Position numbers and translations under genes: made by a program | Shown here: positions 25,993 to 35,325 of the stretch, in pieces | Position numbering within the stretch: the stretch's first letter is position 1 | Layout of the letters: the number at the start of each line of letters is the position of its first letter | DNA from: Bryobacteraceae bacterium | GTDB lineage: Bacteria; Acidobacteriota; Terriglobia; Bryobacterales; Bryobacteraceae | Assembly: GCA_039930685.1 (NCBI GenBank) | Contig: JBDTTK010000001.1 | Location: 1 to 38,275, forward strand | DNA length: 38,275 nucleotides | Direction of reading: 5' to 3' | The notes under the pieces: generated by a model | The model's database searches: none | The model's input: only the letters and a program-made list of their open reading frames with translations | What the model was told of the DNA's origin: nothing

Positions 25993-28236
25993 TTAGGGGC
26001 GTTTCGGCCGGGGTTTTGCGGCGGCGGGAACGGCTTTCGCGTCGCCCACATCGACGACCGGCTTGCGATCGCCGTAGACGCGGCGGTAGACATCGGCATT
26101 GCGGAGAACGCTCTGCACGTAGTCGCGAGTTTCCGAGAACGGGATGGTTTCGATGTATTCGGAGGGCTCGCGGAATTCGCCCCAGTTCATCCACGCAATC
26201 GCGCGGGAGCGCCCAGCGTTGTAGGAGGCGAGTGTGGCTTCGACTTTTCCTTCGAGCGAATCGAGCAGCGTGCGGAAGTAATACGCGCCCATCTTGAGGT
26301 TGACCGAGGGCAGGAAGAGCGACGTCGTCGAGTAGGGCCGGATTTTCAGCCTGCGGCTGAGTTCGCGTCCCGTGGGCGGCATGATCTGGGTGAGTCCGTA
26401 GGCCTTGGCGCGAGACAGGGCTTTCGGATTGAACTCGGATTCCTGTCGGATGAGAGCCGCGAGCATGTAGGGGTCGATCGAGCGTTCCTTGGCGTTGCGT
26501 TCGAGATCCTCGCGGAACGGAAGGGGAAAAGCCAACTGCCAGAAGCGTGTCGGCGCGGAATCGACCGGCATGGTGAGGTAGCCGGGGACGTAGCGCTTGA
26601 TCCAGCGGACCGCCTTATCGGGCGAACCGCGGCGCGTCGAAAGTTCACCGAGTTCCATGGCGAAGACGGCGGGTTGATTCTCCGTCTGCGCGCCATAGCG
26701 AAGTTCGATTTCGGCCCAGTCGTCAAGGGCGGCGGAGGCAAGCAGGCGCGCGCGGTCGATGCGGAATTTGGCGGCGGGCGTCGGTTCGAATGCGAGTTGC
26801 GGCCCGCCGCCGCCGCGCAGAGTGAGAGAGCGAAGGAAGTCAGCTGTCTTCGGAGAAGCTTCGGCGCGTCCGACGACTTTGAGGCGCTCGCGCGCCACGG
26901 TCATGTAGTAGTAATTCGGAAACAGGCGCGTGACTTCCTGGTAATAGCTGCGCGCGGCGGCGTTATCGCGAGAGGCCTCGGCGAGCCGACCCAGGTAATA
27001 GAGAGACGCGGCGCCGTGTTCGGACTGCGGATATTTGCGAAGGTGATCGCGCAGCATGTCGGCGGCTTCCGGACGGCGACGGAGGTAGGCGGTCCAGGTG
27101 GCTTTCCAGTGGCAGGCCGAGGCCTGAAGATCCGCGCCGAAGGACTGGTAACAGGCGCGGAAAAGGGGCTCGTATTCAGAGGGCTGATTTTCGAGGACGT
27201 AGTGGTTGGCGGATGTGGTGAGCGCTTCGAGGCGCCAACGCGATTGCGGGTACTTGCGACCGAGGAGATCCAGCGTGGCATGCACTTCGCCGATGTTCTT
27301 CAGGCGGCGCGCGGTCGCGAGGAGGTAATAGAGGCGTTCGGCGTCGGCTTCGGGCGCTGCCACATCGAGCGACTTTAAGTAACGAAACGCGGCCGCGTTG
27401 TCGCGGGCGACGTAACTGGCGACGCCGACGCGCACCTCGGCCAGATCCTTTTCCGGTCCGCTGAGCATGGGCACGAGCGTTTCAAGCTCCGACCGGGCGC
27501 GGGTGGCCTGCTTGCCGTCGAGCAGCCGGAAGGCGCGCGCCAGCATGGACTGCGGCAAGGCCGCCGGATATTTGTCGCCCAGGGAGGCGCGGAGGCGCTG
27601 GGCGGCGGATTCGGCGTCGTCCGCGTCCTTCGAGCCGGGAAATCCGTAGTAAACACGCTGGTAATAAACGACGGCGCGCGCGGGATCGTTTGCACCCTCG
27701 AAGGCGGCGCCTAGCGCCATGTCGGCCTGGGGCTGAGGCAGGTTGGCGTATTGCTGTTGCAGCAGGGCGAGCGCCTGACTCGCGGATCCGGCCTCGGCCA
27801 GCGCCTTCGCGGCCAGCAGAATGGCTCGCTGGGCGAGCGGCGACTTCGGCGCGAATGCCCAGACTTGCGCCGCCGTTTTTGCGGCATTCGCGGGCTGGTT
27901 GTTGGCCGCTTCGGCGGAGGCCTGCGCGTAGTTGGCAAAGTCGGCGAGCGAGGGCAGTCGGCCGGCAAGCCCCTTCAAAGTGGCGGAGGCGTCCGCGCTC
28001 TGTTTGTTCTCGTTCGCAATGACACCGGCGGCGAGAAGGGCAAGTGCGCCCGAGGAATCCTTGGCGTGCGCGGCGGCGAATCTAAGGAGCGCGGCGCGGT
28101 GAACGGCGGTTGGCTTGTCGCGATAGTCGCGGGCCAGGGTTTCGAGGGTTTGGGCGTGGCCGACCGAGCAGAGGAACACGAGGAGGAAGGCGATCCGGAA
28201 TCCGCGCGCTAACGAGCGGGGCTGTGTCCGGGACAA
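25993..28236 (-). CDS. Soluble lytic murein transglycosylase (Slt70-like: superhelical repeat N-domain + C-terminal SLT domain)
   Basis: C-terminal LIRQESEFNPKALSRAKAYGLTQIMP (catalytic Glu motif). The upstream part of track ORF 25993..28446 overlaps the neighbouring gene. The TTG at 28236 gives the signal peptide (M)SRTQPRSLARGFRIAFLLVFLCSVGHAQ. Confidence 0.85.
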   Translation of the reverse strand: MSRTQPRSLARGFRIAFLLVFLCSVGHAQTLETLARDYRDKPTAVHRAALLRFAAAHAKDSSGALALLAAGVIANENKQSADASATLKGLAGRLPSLADFANYAQASAEAANNQPANAAKTAAQVWAFAPKSPLAQRAILLAAKALAEAGSASQALALLQQQYANLPQPQADMALGAAFEGANDPARAVVYYQRVYYGFPGSKDADDAESAAQRLRASLGDKYPAALPQSMLARAFRLLDGKQATRARSELETLVPMLSGPEKDLAEVRVGVASYVARDNAAAFRYLKSLDVAAPEADAERLYYLLATARRLKNIGEVHATLDLLGRKYPQSRWRLEALTTSANHYVLENQPSEYEPLFRACYQSFGADLQASACHWKATWTAYLRRRPEAADMLRDHLRKYPQSEHGAASLYYLGRLAEASRDNAAARSYYQEVTRLFPNYYYMTVARERLKVVGRAEASPKTADFLRSLTLRGGGGPQLAFEPTPAAKFRIDRARLLASAALDDWAEIELRYGAQTENQPAVFAMELGELSTRRGSPDKAVRWIKRYVPGYLTMPVDSAPTRFWQLAFPLPFREDLERNAKERSIDPYMLAALIRQESEFNPKALSRAKAYGLTQIMPPTGRELSRRLKIRPYSTTSLFLPSVNLKMGAYYFRTLLDSLEGKVEATLASYNAGRSRAIAWMNWGEFREPSEYIETIPFSETRDYVQSVLRNADVYRRVYGDRKPVVDVGDAKAVPAAAKPRPKRP

Positions 28237-28306
28237 GGATGGGGGAGTTGCCTGGAGCCCACGGACCTGGAGATCCGTGCCACTTGGGGACTCGCGGTCC
28301 GCGCGG

Positions 28307-29560
28307 CTAAACCAATGGCCCGGGATAGTCCGGCCCCAGTAAGGATGGATCGTCGTTCGCAAGTGTCCGGACCAACTCCACGTGAAAATAGTCGAGCATC
28401 GTCGGTGACTCGGCGAGGAACTGTTCGCTGTACTCTTCGCGGCCACCTTCTATTTCGGCGTGCAGCGAGTCAAAAAGGTTTCGAGCAACTCGCCCGGATC
28501 GAACGGCGGCGGACTTGTAGAGCCGCATTTCGGCGACCTTGACGCGCGCAAAGCGCTGGGCTTTGAGGTGGAGGTCCTGCTCGTCGTGCGTGAGAGCAGC
28601 CCAACTGTGGGCGGGCACGCGGGAGGCAAGCGGCGGAGGAGCGGGAAGGGCAACGGGTAGCGGCGGCGCGGAGGAGATGGCCACCACGTTCGACGGACGG
28701 CGCGATTCGGCGGTCGCGAGGTGCCCTTCAAGGAGCGATCCGGCGACTGTAGCCAGCATTTCGAGCGCGCTGAGATCCGCCAGGCGATCGCCGGGCTCCG
28801 CGTACAGGACGGCGACGATGCGCTCGCTGGTCGCGACCGGGAAAAGGTAAACCCGCTGACTTTCGTCTTCGCCGAAGTAATCAATGACGGGCTGCGAAAG
28901 CTCGCTCGCGACACGAATGGTGACGATGGTGTCGGCGCTTTCGAGCGCACCCTGCATGGCGGGCGCCGCGGACGCCGGAAACTCGGCGTTAGGCCGGTCG
29001 CCGTGCGTAACCGGACCGCGATCGGCGAGAAAGCGAAACGCCGCCGAACCGGCGTGAAACAGGGCCGCGCGAGAGCAGAAGCCGATGGCGGCATCGAGCA
29101 GCGCCATGCACCATTGGGCTTCGCTTTCAAACTGGCGGAGACGGCGAACGGCAAGGCCCATGGCCTCGGCCATTTCCCGGCGGGCAGACGCGCCGGCCTC
29201 GGCGGCCAGCTTCGCGGCGTCGGCGCTAAAAATCGCGTGCATTTCCGCGACGCGTTCATCGAGGATGTGGTCGACGCTTTCGCGCCAACCGGATTGCAGG
29301 ACGTCCTGGACCTTTTCGAGGTGTAGCTGCCAGGCGGCGGAAATCTGTTCGCGGGCGGCCTCACGCACTTCTTCTATGGGATTGAGCTCAACCGGGTTCG
29401 CCGCGATCGGGTCGGCCGTCACGGCCTGTTCGCCGCCGGGAGAATCGGGCATTACTTCTGGCGCCGCCACTTCTTGATTGTACCGGATAGGTGAGGGGAA
29501 CAAAATAGCACCGTTTTGTTTGGGACGCCGCGCCGGAAGGCGGGTGGTCCCCGTACTCAA
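28307..29560 (-). CDS. Hypothetical protein with a GAF-like central region and a conserved-looking C-terminal helical domain
   Basis: 417 aa from a TTG start; the alternative ATG at 29452 gives MPDSPGG. The central block AALFHAGSAAFRFLADRG...TIVTIRVASELSQPVIDYFG...RVYLFPVATSERIVAVLYAE looks GAF-like. The C-terminus HLKAQRFARVKVAEMRLYKSAAVRSGR..NLFDSLHAEIEGGREEY is amphipathic and helical. Confidence 0.6.
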   Translation of the reverse strand: MSTGTTRLPARRPKQNGAILFPSPIRYNQEVAAPEVMPDSPGGEQAVTADPIAANPVELNPIEEVREAAREQISAAWQLHLEKVQDVLQSGWRESVDHILDERVAEMHAIFSADAAKLAAEAGASARREMAEAMGLAVRRLRQFESEAQWCMALLDAAIGFCSRAALFHAGSAAFRFLADRGPVTHGDRPNAEFPASAAPAMQGALESADTIVTIRVASELSQPVIDYFGEDESQRVYLFPVATSERIVAVLYAEPGDRLADLSALEMLATVAGSLLEGHLATAESRRPSNVVAISSAPPLPVALPAPPPLASRVPAHSWAALTHDEQDLHLKAQRFARVKVAEMRLYKSAAVRSGRVARNLFDSLHAEIEGGREEYSEQFLAESPTMLDYFHVELVRTLANDDPSLLGPDYPGPLV

Positions 29561-29844
29561 ACCTTCAAAGGACTATCGGCGGAATCCGGCGCAAACTGAA
29601 GGCCCGGATCTGCCGGGATTCAGCGTGACCAGGGCGATTCGCATGTGCCGGGAGGGCACGGCGTGCCACCCATCCTCAAGCCGCGACTGACTGTAACCCA
29701 ACGGTTTAGAACGCGTCCAAGGACTTTGCGGCGACGGACGGGCATCGGCCGGAGTGGCCGTCCGATTGCACTTAGGTCCAAGTCATGGACCCGGCGGTAC
29801 GTGCTGCTGGCGCGCCGTGCTTTAATAGAGGAATCCTTTTCCAC

Positions 29845-31992
29845 ATGCGTTTCTTGGGTTTTCTAATGCTCGCTCTGCCGCTGTGTGCGGCGACTCCGCG
29901 GGCGGCTAACATTCTTGACCAGACTCCGGCACGATTCGAGCAAGGCTCGGGCGCGAACCGGTTCGTGGTCCGGGGGCTGGCGTACGACGTCCAGGTCCGC
30001 GACCGCGAGACGCGGCTGCAGGTGCGCGGCAAGTCCGGGGCCGTCCATCCGATCCGGATGACGCTCGCCGGGTCGAAGTCGGCCGCGGTGAAGGGCGTCG
30101 ATCCGTTGGCGGCCAAGACCTCCATTTTCAAAGGCAAGCAGTCCGCTTGGCGGACCAACCTGGCGAACTTCGCGAAAGTGGAGCGGCCGGGCGTCTATCC
30201 GGGCATCGACCTGGTCTACTACGGCGCGGGCAAGCAGCTCGAATATGACTTTGTGGTTGCCCCGAACGCGGACCCGTCGCGAATCGCCATGCGGTTCGGC
30301 GGCGCGAAGTCGCGGCTCGATCGCGAAGGCCAGTTGATCCTCGAAGCCGGCGACGCCGAAGTGATCCACCATGTTCCGGCGATCTATCAGATCAACGAGG
30401 CGGGCAATCCGGTCAACGTCGAAGGCGGCTACAAGATCGCAAGCAACGGCTCGGTTGGGTTTCATGTCGGCGCCTACGATCGTTCGCGGCCGCTCATCAT
30501 TGATCCTGTGGTCGGCTACACGGCGTACTTCGGATCGACGTACGCGGATGGCATTGTGTCCATTGGCACGGATTCGATCGGCGCACTCTACATCCTCGGA
30601 TACACCAATTCGACCGATCTGCCGGTTCCCGAAGACACAACCCAGAGCATCAACAAGGGCTTGCAGGACATGTTTGTCGCGCGGGTCAAGGATGGGCAGG
30701 TGACGTTCTACACCTACCTGGGCGGATCGAATCAGGATGAACCCAAGGCGATGTCGGTTGGTTTGAGCGGAAACGTCTACATTACGGGCACGACGTTGTC
30801 GCTGGATTTTCCGGTCACCGCTTCGGCATACCAGTCGACGTTGAGCGGCTCCAAGTCCGACGGAACCAACCTGGGCACCAGCGATGCGTTCCTCGCGCGG
30901 ATCGACCCCAGTTCCGGATCGCTCGCGTACTCGTCGTACCTGGGTGGCCTGAAAGACGAAATTGGATACGCGGTAGCAGCCGCGCCGAACGGAATCGCAT
31001 ACGTGACGGGCGTCACGAATTCCGACAGCTATCCAATCAACTCGAACAATGCCTTCCAGGGTGCGAACGCGGGCGGCTATGACATGTTTGTCGCTAAGTT
31101 CGATACGACGAAATCCGGCGCGGATTCGCTCCCGGGTTCATCGTACCTGGGCGGCAGCAATCAGGATGCGGGACGCGCGATCGCAGTGGATCCGACGGGT
31201 GGCGTCTGGGTGGCGGGCGTGACGGATTCGGGTGACTTTCCGATCTTCGGCGAATCGTACCGGTTCGCTTACGCGGGCAACAGCGATGCGGTGCTGATCA
31301 AGTTGAATCCGGATCTGAGCGGCATCGCCTACACGAGCTTTTTCGGCGGAAGCGACATCGACGAGGCGCACAAAGTCGCCGTGGACACCAAGGGGCGCGT
31401 ATATTTCGCCGGAGTGACCCTGTCCACGGATATCCCGGTGACGGCCAATGCGCTGCAGAAAGTCACGAACGGCAACGGCGACATCTTCTTAGCGGTGCTC
31501 GATCCGTCGCTGCCTCGCGCGCAACAGATCACGTATTCGACATATTTCGGCGGCAGCGATGCAGATTCTCCGTACGACTTGGCGCTGGATCCGGCAACCG
31601 GATTTGTGCACCTTGCGGGCTACACCATCTCCCGGAATTTCCCCACGACAGCGGACGCGGTGCAGAAAGCGTCGGCGAAGGGGGGAGTCGACGGCTTTGT
31701 AGCAACGATCAATCCGGCGAAAGCAGGGATCGACGGGCTCGTGTTCGCGAGTTACGTAACCAGCACCGGAAGCCAGTTGGCGACATCGCTGGCGCTCGCG
31801 CCGGACGGAACGCTGTACGTGGCTGGGGCGACGAGCGGTTCCCTGTTTCCGGATGGGCAGGCCCAGCGGACCACTCCGCGCGGCAGCGTCGATGGCTTTG
31901 TGATGGCCCTCCAGCCGGAGAACGGGTCCGGCGGCGTGGCTTCGCCCACCGGCAGCGCCCGGCCCTCGTCTTCGGCGGGCGGCCGTAACTAG
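29845..31992 (+). CDS. Secreted SBBP-type beta-propeller repeat protein (paralog of 20722..24210, without the BACON-like and C-terminal domains)
   Basis: The ATG at 29845 gives the signal peptide MRFLGFLMLALPLCAA. It has the same N-terminal domain (GIDLVYYGAGKQLEYDFVVAPNADPSRI versus GIDLVFYGNGDELEYDWVVASGADLSQI) and repeated YLGGS..D.G.AIAVD..G...V.G.T.S.DFP...DAFL.K units. Confidence 0.85.
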   Translation: MRFLGFLMLALPLCAATPRAANILDQTPARFEQGSGANRFVVRGLAYDVQVRDRETRLQVRGKSGAVHPIRMTLAGSKSAAVKGVDPLAAKTSIFKGKQSAWRTNLANFAKVERPGVYPGIDLVYYGAGKQLEYDFVVAPNADPSRIAMRFGGAKSRLDREGQLILEAGDAEVIHHVPAIYQINEAGNPVNVEGGYKIASNGSVGFHVGAYDRSRPLIIDPVVGYTAYFGSTYADGIVSIGTDSIGALYILGYTNSTDLPVPEDTTQSINKGLQDMFVARVKDGQVTFYTYLGGSNQDEPKAMSVGLSGNVYITGTTLSLDFPVTASAYQSTLSGSKSDGTNLGTSDAFLARIDPSSGSLAYSSYLGGLKDEIGYAVAAAPNGIAYVTGVTNSDSYPINSNNAFQGANAGGYDMFVAKFDTTKSGADSLPGSSYLGGSNQDAGRAIAVDPTGGVWVAGVTDSGDFPIFGESYRFAYAGNSDAVLIKLNPDLSGIAYTSFFGGSDIDEAHKVAVDTKGRVYFAGVTLSTDIPVTANALQKVTNGNGDIFLAVLDPSLPRAQQITYSTYFGGSDADSPYDLALDPATGFVHLAGYTISRNFPTTADAVQKASAKGGVDGFVATINPAKAGIDGLVFASYVTSTGSQLATSLALAPDGTLYVAGATSGSLFPDGQAQRTTPRGSVDGFVMALQPENGSGGVASPTGSARPSSSAGGRN

Positions 31993-32073
31993 CGGACGAA
32001 CATCGGACTTAGCCTCGGCAGTTTGTGCTACGGGCGCTGGTCCGTGCTACACTGAGAATTCGCGTTTTGCGTT

Positions 32074-32104
32074 GGCGGACGCCCGTGTGTCCGCCCGTTT
32101 TGTG
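32074..32104 (+). terminator. Candidate intrinsic terminator: GGCGGAC - 8-nt loop - GTCCGCC followed by CGTTTTGTGTG
   Basis: 7-bp GC-rich stem (32074-32080 pairs with 32089-32095) plus a T-rich tail, 82 nt after the SBBP paralog stop. Confidence 0.45.
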
Positions 32105-32129
32105 TGCGACGCGGAGCAAAAGGTACGTT

Positions 32130-32648
32130 GTGTTTTTTTCCGTTAGGGATCTCGGACTGCGGAGTGCCCAGTTCGATGTTTCCATCGAGCCGGGTGTGAT
32201 CGATTTTCTCGATCCCAAACTCCGGCAAGCCGGTCCGCTGAAAGCCAAAGGAACGGCAGCACTTCTGAGCCACTCGGAGGATGGGATCCATCTGCAGGGT
32301 GCTCTCGATGTGACGATGGAGGCCGATTGCGACCGATGCCTGGAACCGGCAACGTTTCCGGTGACGGCGGAGTTGAATCTTTACTACAAGCCGGCGTCTG
32401 AAACCGACGAGGACGAGGAAGCCGAGTTGGACGAGGGCGAGGCTGAGATCGCTTTCTATGAAGGCGGCGGGATCGAATTGAACGATGTTTTGCGGGAACA
32501 GATTTTGTTAACGCTGCCGTTCAAGCGGATTTGCAAGGAAGACTGTTTGGGCATCTGTCCGGAGTGCGGGCAGATTCGCAACCAGGTAGAGTGCGGCTGC
32601 GAGCAGAAGATAGTGGATCCGCGCTGGAGCGCGCTCAAAGAGATTTGA
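32130..32648 (+). CDS. yceD: DUF177 / YceD-family protein (23S rRNA accumulation protein)
   Basis: Conserved CDRCLE ... CKEDCLGICPECG block, an acidic loop, and the classic position upstream of rpmF-plsX. I prefer the GTG at 32130 (172 aa) over the track start at 32025. Confidence 0.8.
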   Translation: MFFSVRDLGLRSAQFDVSIEPGVIDFLDPKLRQAGPLKAKGTAALLSHSEDGIHLQGALDVTMEADCDRCLEPATFPVTAELNLYYKPASETDEDEEAELDEGEAEIAFYEGGGIELNDVLREQILLTLPFKRICKEDCLGICPECGQIRNQVECGCEQKIVDPRWSALKEI

Positions 32649-32729
32649 CGCAGCCGCGGCGGATATAGGGTTTTTTGGGGCGTTTGAAGCGCTCCGAAGC
32701 ATTTTTTTTGAACAGGTAGGAATTTAGCG

Positions 32730-32912
32730 ATGCCAAATCCAAAACGGCGCCACTCTAAGCGGCGCACCTCGACGCGCAGAGCGCACGACCACTTGCAGAA
32801 GCCGGTGATGGCGGAGTGCCCGCAATGCCACGAGCCGAAACTGCCGCACCGTGTCTGCCCGCACTGCGGAAACTACAAGGGCCGCGAAGTCATCGAAGTC
32901 GCCGAGGAGTAG
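32730..32912 (+). CDS. rpmF: 50S ribosomal protein L32
   Basis: [20 protein letters not shown]... with the CPQC...CPHCG zinc ribbon; 60 aa. Confidence 0.95.
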   Translation: MPNPKRRHSKRRTSTRRAHDHLQKPVMAECPQCHEPKLPHRVCPHCGNYKGREVIEVAEE

Positions 32913-32925
32913 CATCCGGTCCCGT

Positions 32926-33957
32926 ATGCTCACCATCGCGCTCGACGCCATGGGCGGCGACCATGCGCCCAAGTCGGAAGTCGCTGGCGCAATCCAGGCC
33001 GCGCGAACTCTGGGCTTAAGAGTCATTCTGGTCGGTCGTGAAGATGTGCTCCGCAAGGAGCTGGATTTGCACGCCGGTTGGCAGTCGCTACCCATCGAGA
33101 TCCGTCACGCGAGTGAAGTGATCACGATGGAGGACTCCGCCGCGAAGGCGATGCGCTCGAAGCGGGATTCCTCGATCCGCGTGGCGACGCGTCTGGTTAA
33201 GGACGGCATCGCGCAGGGTGTGGTGTCGGCGGGCAACACCGGCGCCGTGATGGCAACCGCGAAGACGGGCCTCGGGATGATCCCCGGGGTCGATCGACCG
33301 GCGTTGGCATCGGCCCTTCCGACATTGAAAGGCTCGCCTGTCGTCGTCGTGGACGTCGGCGCCAACGTCGACTGCACGGCAAAGATGCTCGGGCAATTCG
33401 CCGTCATGGGTGACGTGTACGCGCGTATCATTTTTAAGCATCCGAAACCGCGCGTCGGCCTGCTCTCGATCGGCGAGGAAGAACACAAAGGCAACGAACT
33501 CACCAAAGCGGCAACGCCCGTCCTCAAGTCGCTGCCGCTCAATTTCATCGGGAACGTCGAAGGCCGCGACATTTACTCGGGAAACGCGGATGTGGTCGTC
33601 TGCGACGGATTCATCGGCAACGTCGTGCTCAAAGTGAGCGAGGGCGTGGTCGACATGATCAAGCATCTTCTCAAGGATTCACTCGCGCAGACGATTACGC
33701 GCAAGATCGGCTACGTGCTGTCGAAATCCGCCTACGAGGATTTCCGCAAGCGGGTCGACTACTCCGAGTACGGCGGTGCGCCGCTGTTGGGCGTCAAAGG
33801 CGTGTGCATCATCTGCCACGGCCGGTCGAATGCCAACGCGATCAAGAACGCGCTGCGGGTCGCGGCGGAGTTCGCCCGGGGCGGCATGAACGAGCAGATC
33901 GAAACCGAGCTAGGCGGGCGCAATGCGGTTCCGACGCTGTCGGCGCGCGCGGATTAG
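32926..33957 (+). CDS. plsX: Phosphate acyltransferase PlsX
   Basis: [15 protein letters not shown] start motif at ATG 32926 (the track ORF starts earlier at 32851 and overlaps rpmF). Also GNTGA, DVGAN and GFIGNV blocks. Confidence 0.92.
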   Translation: MLTIALDAMGGDHAPKSEVAGAIQAARTLGLRVILVGREDVLRKELDLHAGWQSLPIEIRHASEVITMEDSAAKAMRSKRDSSIRVATRLVKDGIAQGVVSAGNTGAVMATAKTGLGMIPGVDRPALASALPTLKGSPVVVVDVGANVDCTAKMLGQFAVMGDVYARIIFKHPKPRVGLLSIGEEEHKGNELTKAATPVLKSLPLNFIGNVEGRDIYSGNADVVVCDGFIGNVVLKVSEGVVDMIKHLLKDSLAQTITRKIGYVLSKSAYEDFRKRVDYSEYGGAPLLGVKGVCIICHGRSNANAIKNALRVAAEFARGGMNEQIETELGGRNAVPTLSARAD

Positions 33958-34508
33958 TTCCTGAGCTTCGCCACTTCGGCCCGAAGCGCAGGCCTTTCCA
34001 TGATCTCGGCAAGCGGCTCGATCTCTGATTCGACGATGTTCCAGTTCAGGCGAGAGCCCTGCCGCGCCACGACGCCGCGGGCGTCCTGGTAGTCGATCGG
34101 GCGGGCGGCAAACAGCTTCATCACGATGAGATCTTCTGCCGAGCACGTGCGGAATCGAGATCCTGGCGTAAATTCGAAATCGCTCGCCCGATCGATCATC
34201 CGCTCTTCAAACGGGAGACCGGCCAGCGACACGTCGATTCCGATGCCGTTCCCTGTCTTCAGCAACACCACGCGACCTTCGCGGGCGAGACGCTGTACAT
34301 CCGCGATCCGGGGATAGAATGCGCCGAGCAGCTTGGCGACCATCGCGCTGTTGTCTCCGAAACCAGCGAGCAGCGACAGGTCGACATCGCGCGTGACGCG
34401 GGGCTCGCCCCATCGCTGAACCGCCAGACCGCCGATGAAGCACGAGCGCCATCCCTGTGCGTCGCAAAAGGACTGAACGCTCGCCGCCGCCTCGAACAGG
34501 TCGATCAT
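33954..34508 (-). CDS. Minimal Pol-beta-superfamily nucleotidyltransferase (AbiEii-like signature), paralog of 5640..6200
   Basis: 184 aa with [24 protein letters not shown] and [23 protein letters not shown]. Its stop overlaps the convergent plsX stop. It begins 12 nt downstream of a 75-aa ORF on the same strand. Confidence 0.6.
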   Translation of the reverse strand: MIDLFEAAASVQSFCDAQGWRSCFIGGLAVQRWGEPRVTRDVDLSLLAGFGDNSAMVAKLLGAFYPRIADVQRLAREGRVVLLKTGNGIGIDVSLAGLPFEERMIDRASDFEFTPGSRFRTCSAEDLIVMKLFAARPIDYQDARGVVARQGSRLNWNIVESEIEPLAEIMERPALRAEVAKLRN

Positions 34509-34520
34509 CGATTCCGCATC

Positions 34521-34748
34521 TTATCGATTCCGAATCTTGGCGAACAGCCGTTGCATTTCGATGAGGCCCGACGACTCGCGGGGCGGCAGGGTCCTCGTCG
34601 CGTGATTGAACGCCGGTTCGAGCGCCGCCAGCGCCTCCATGGTGTCGATGTCGCGAAGCTCGCGCCGCTTGATTTCTTCAAGCTGTGGCGCAACCCGCTT
34701 CCAGGCAGCCGCCCACTGCCGGATCTGCTCGCGCTCGACGTCGTCCAT
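34521..34748 (-). CDS. Small helical protein (75 aa), candidate partner/antitoxin of the downstream nucleotidyltransferase
   Basis: The ORF has a charged, helical composition (MDDVEREQIRQWAAAWKRVAPQLEEIKRRELRDIDTMEALAALE...). It sits 12 nt from the NTase start. I recognise no family. Confidence 0.45.
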   Translation of the reverse strand: MDDVEREQIRQWAAAWKRVAPQLEEIKRRELRDIDTMEALAALEPAFNHATRTLPPRESSGLIEMQRLFAKIRNR

Positions 34749-34912
34749 ACTCTCCTATTATCACCGCAGTGCGGCGTACTCCACCTTCGCCTGCCTGAGA
34801 ATCGGACTGCCGCGGTCGGTGCTTCTCTTGGTAGCTGACCTAGCGGGCCGGCGTGAGGCGCATTCTGGAGTTCTCGCGTCAACTTGGACATCCGCGGTGT
34901 CTAGAGATGTGA

Positions 34913-35317
34913 ATGGATACAGCAACTCGCTTGGAACTGGCTGGCCTTGCATGCACCCGCGCCGGAAGAACCGCCGCCAGTGACTTCAGACGTGGCGCGA
35001 CGGTGCTCGCAACAATCGCCGCGACGGCGCCATTCGTGGGGTTTCTAGGCGGCGTGATGGTAATCGTCTGGTCGTTTCGCGGCGTCGACGGTGAAAGGTT
35101 CTCCATCATGTATGGAATGATCGATCGTCTGAGCGGATCGTTGACCCTCTGCGCTCTTGGCTTGGCTGGCGCGCTGCCTGCCTATTTGGGCCATAGATTG
35201 GTCTCGGTATGGGCGAGAGTCCTGGATTGCGAGATGAGGGCCGCAACGCTCGAACTCCTGAACCTTCTGTCGAGAATCCCCGATATTGAGCGACCCCGCT
35301 CCGCTAGGCTACTCTAG
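34913..35317 (+). CDS. Short MotA/TolQ/ExbB-like membrane protein (C-terminal channel module only)
   Basis: 134 aa. LATIAATAPFVGFLGGVMVIVWSF and LCALGLAGALPAYLGHRLVS resemble the two C-terminal TM helices of ExbB/TolQ (IA..AP.LGLLGTV.G ... TA.GL.VAIPA). The N-terminal TM is missing. Confidence 0.45.
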   Translation: MDTATRLELAGLACTRAGRTAASDFRRGATVLATIAATAPFVGFLGGVMVIVWSFRGVDGERFSIMYGMIDRLSGSLTLCALGLAGALPAYLGHRLVSVWARVLDCEMRAATLELLNLLSRIPDIERPRSARLL

Positions 35318-35325
35318 TAGGAGGC

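Noticed and set aside
25936-27378. 480-aa plus-strand ORF
   Set aside because: It is antisense to the Slt lytic transglycosylase gene, which has the catalytic ESEFNP motif and a signal peptide. Its composition is R/G/A-rich with no motifs.
29561-29844. Possible riboswitch or leader in the 285-bp divergent region upstream of the SBBP paralog
   Set aside because: Only short generic GC hairpins (for example GGCACggcGTGCC) are visible. Nothing matches a riboswitch consensus I can recall.
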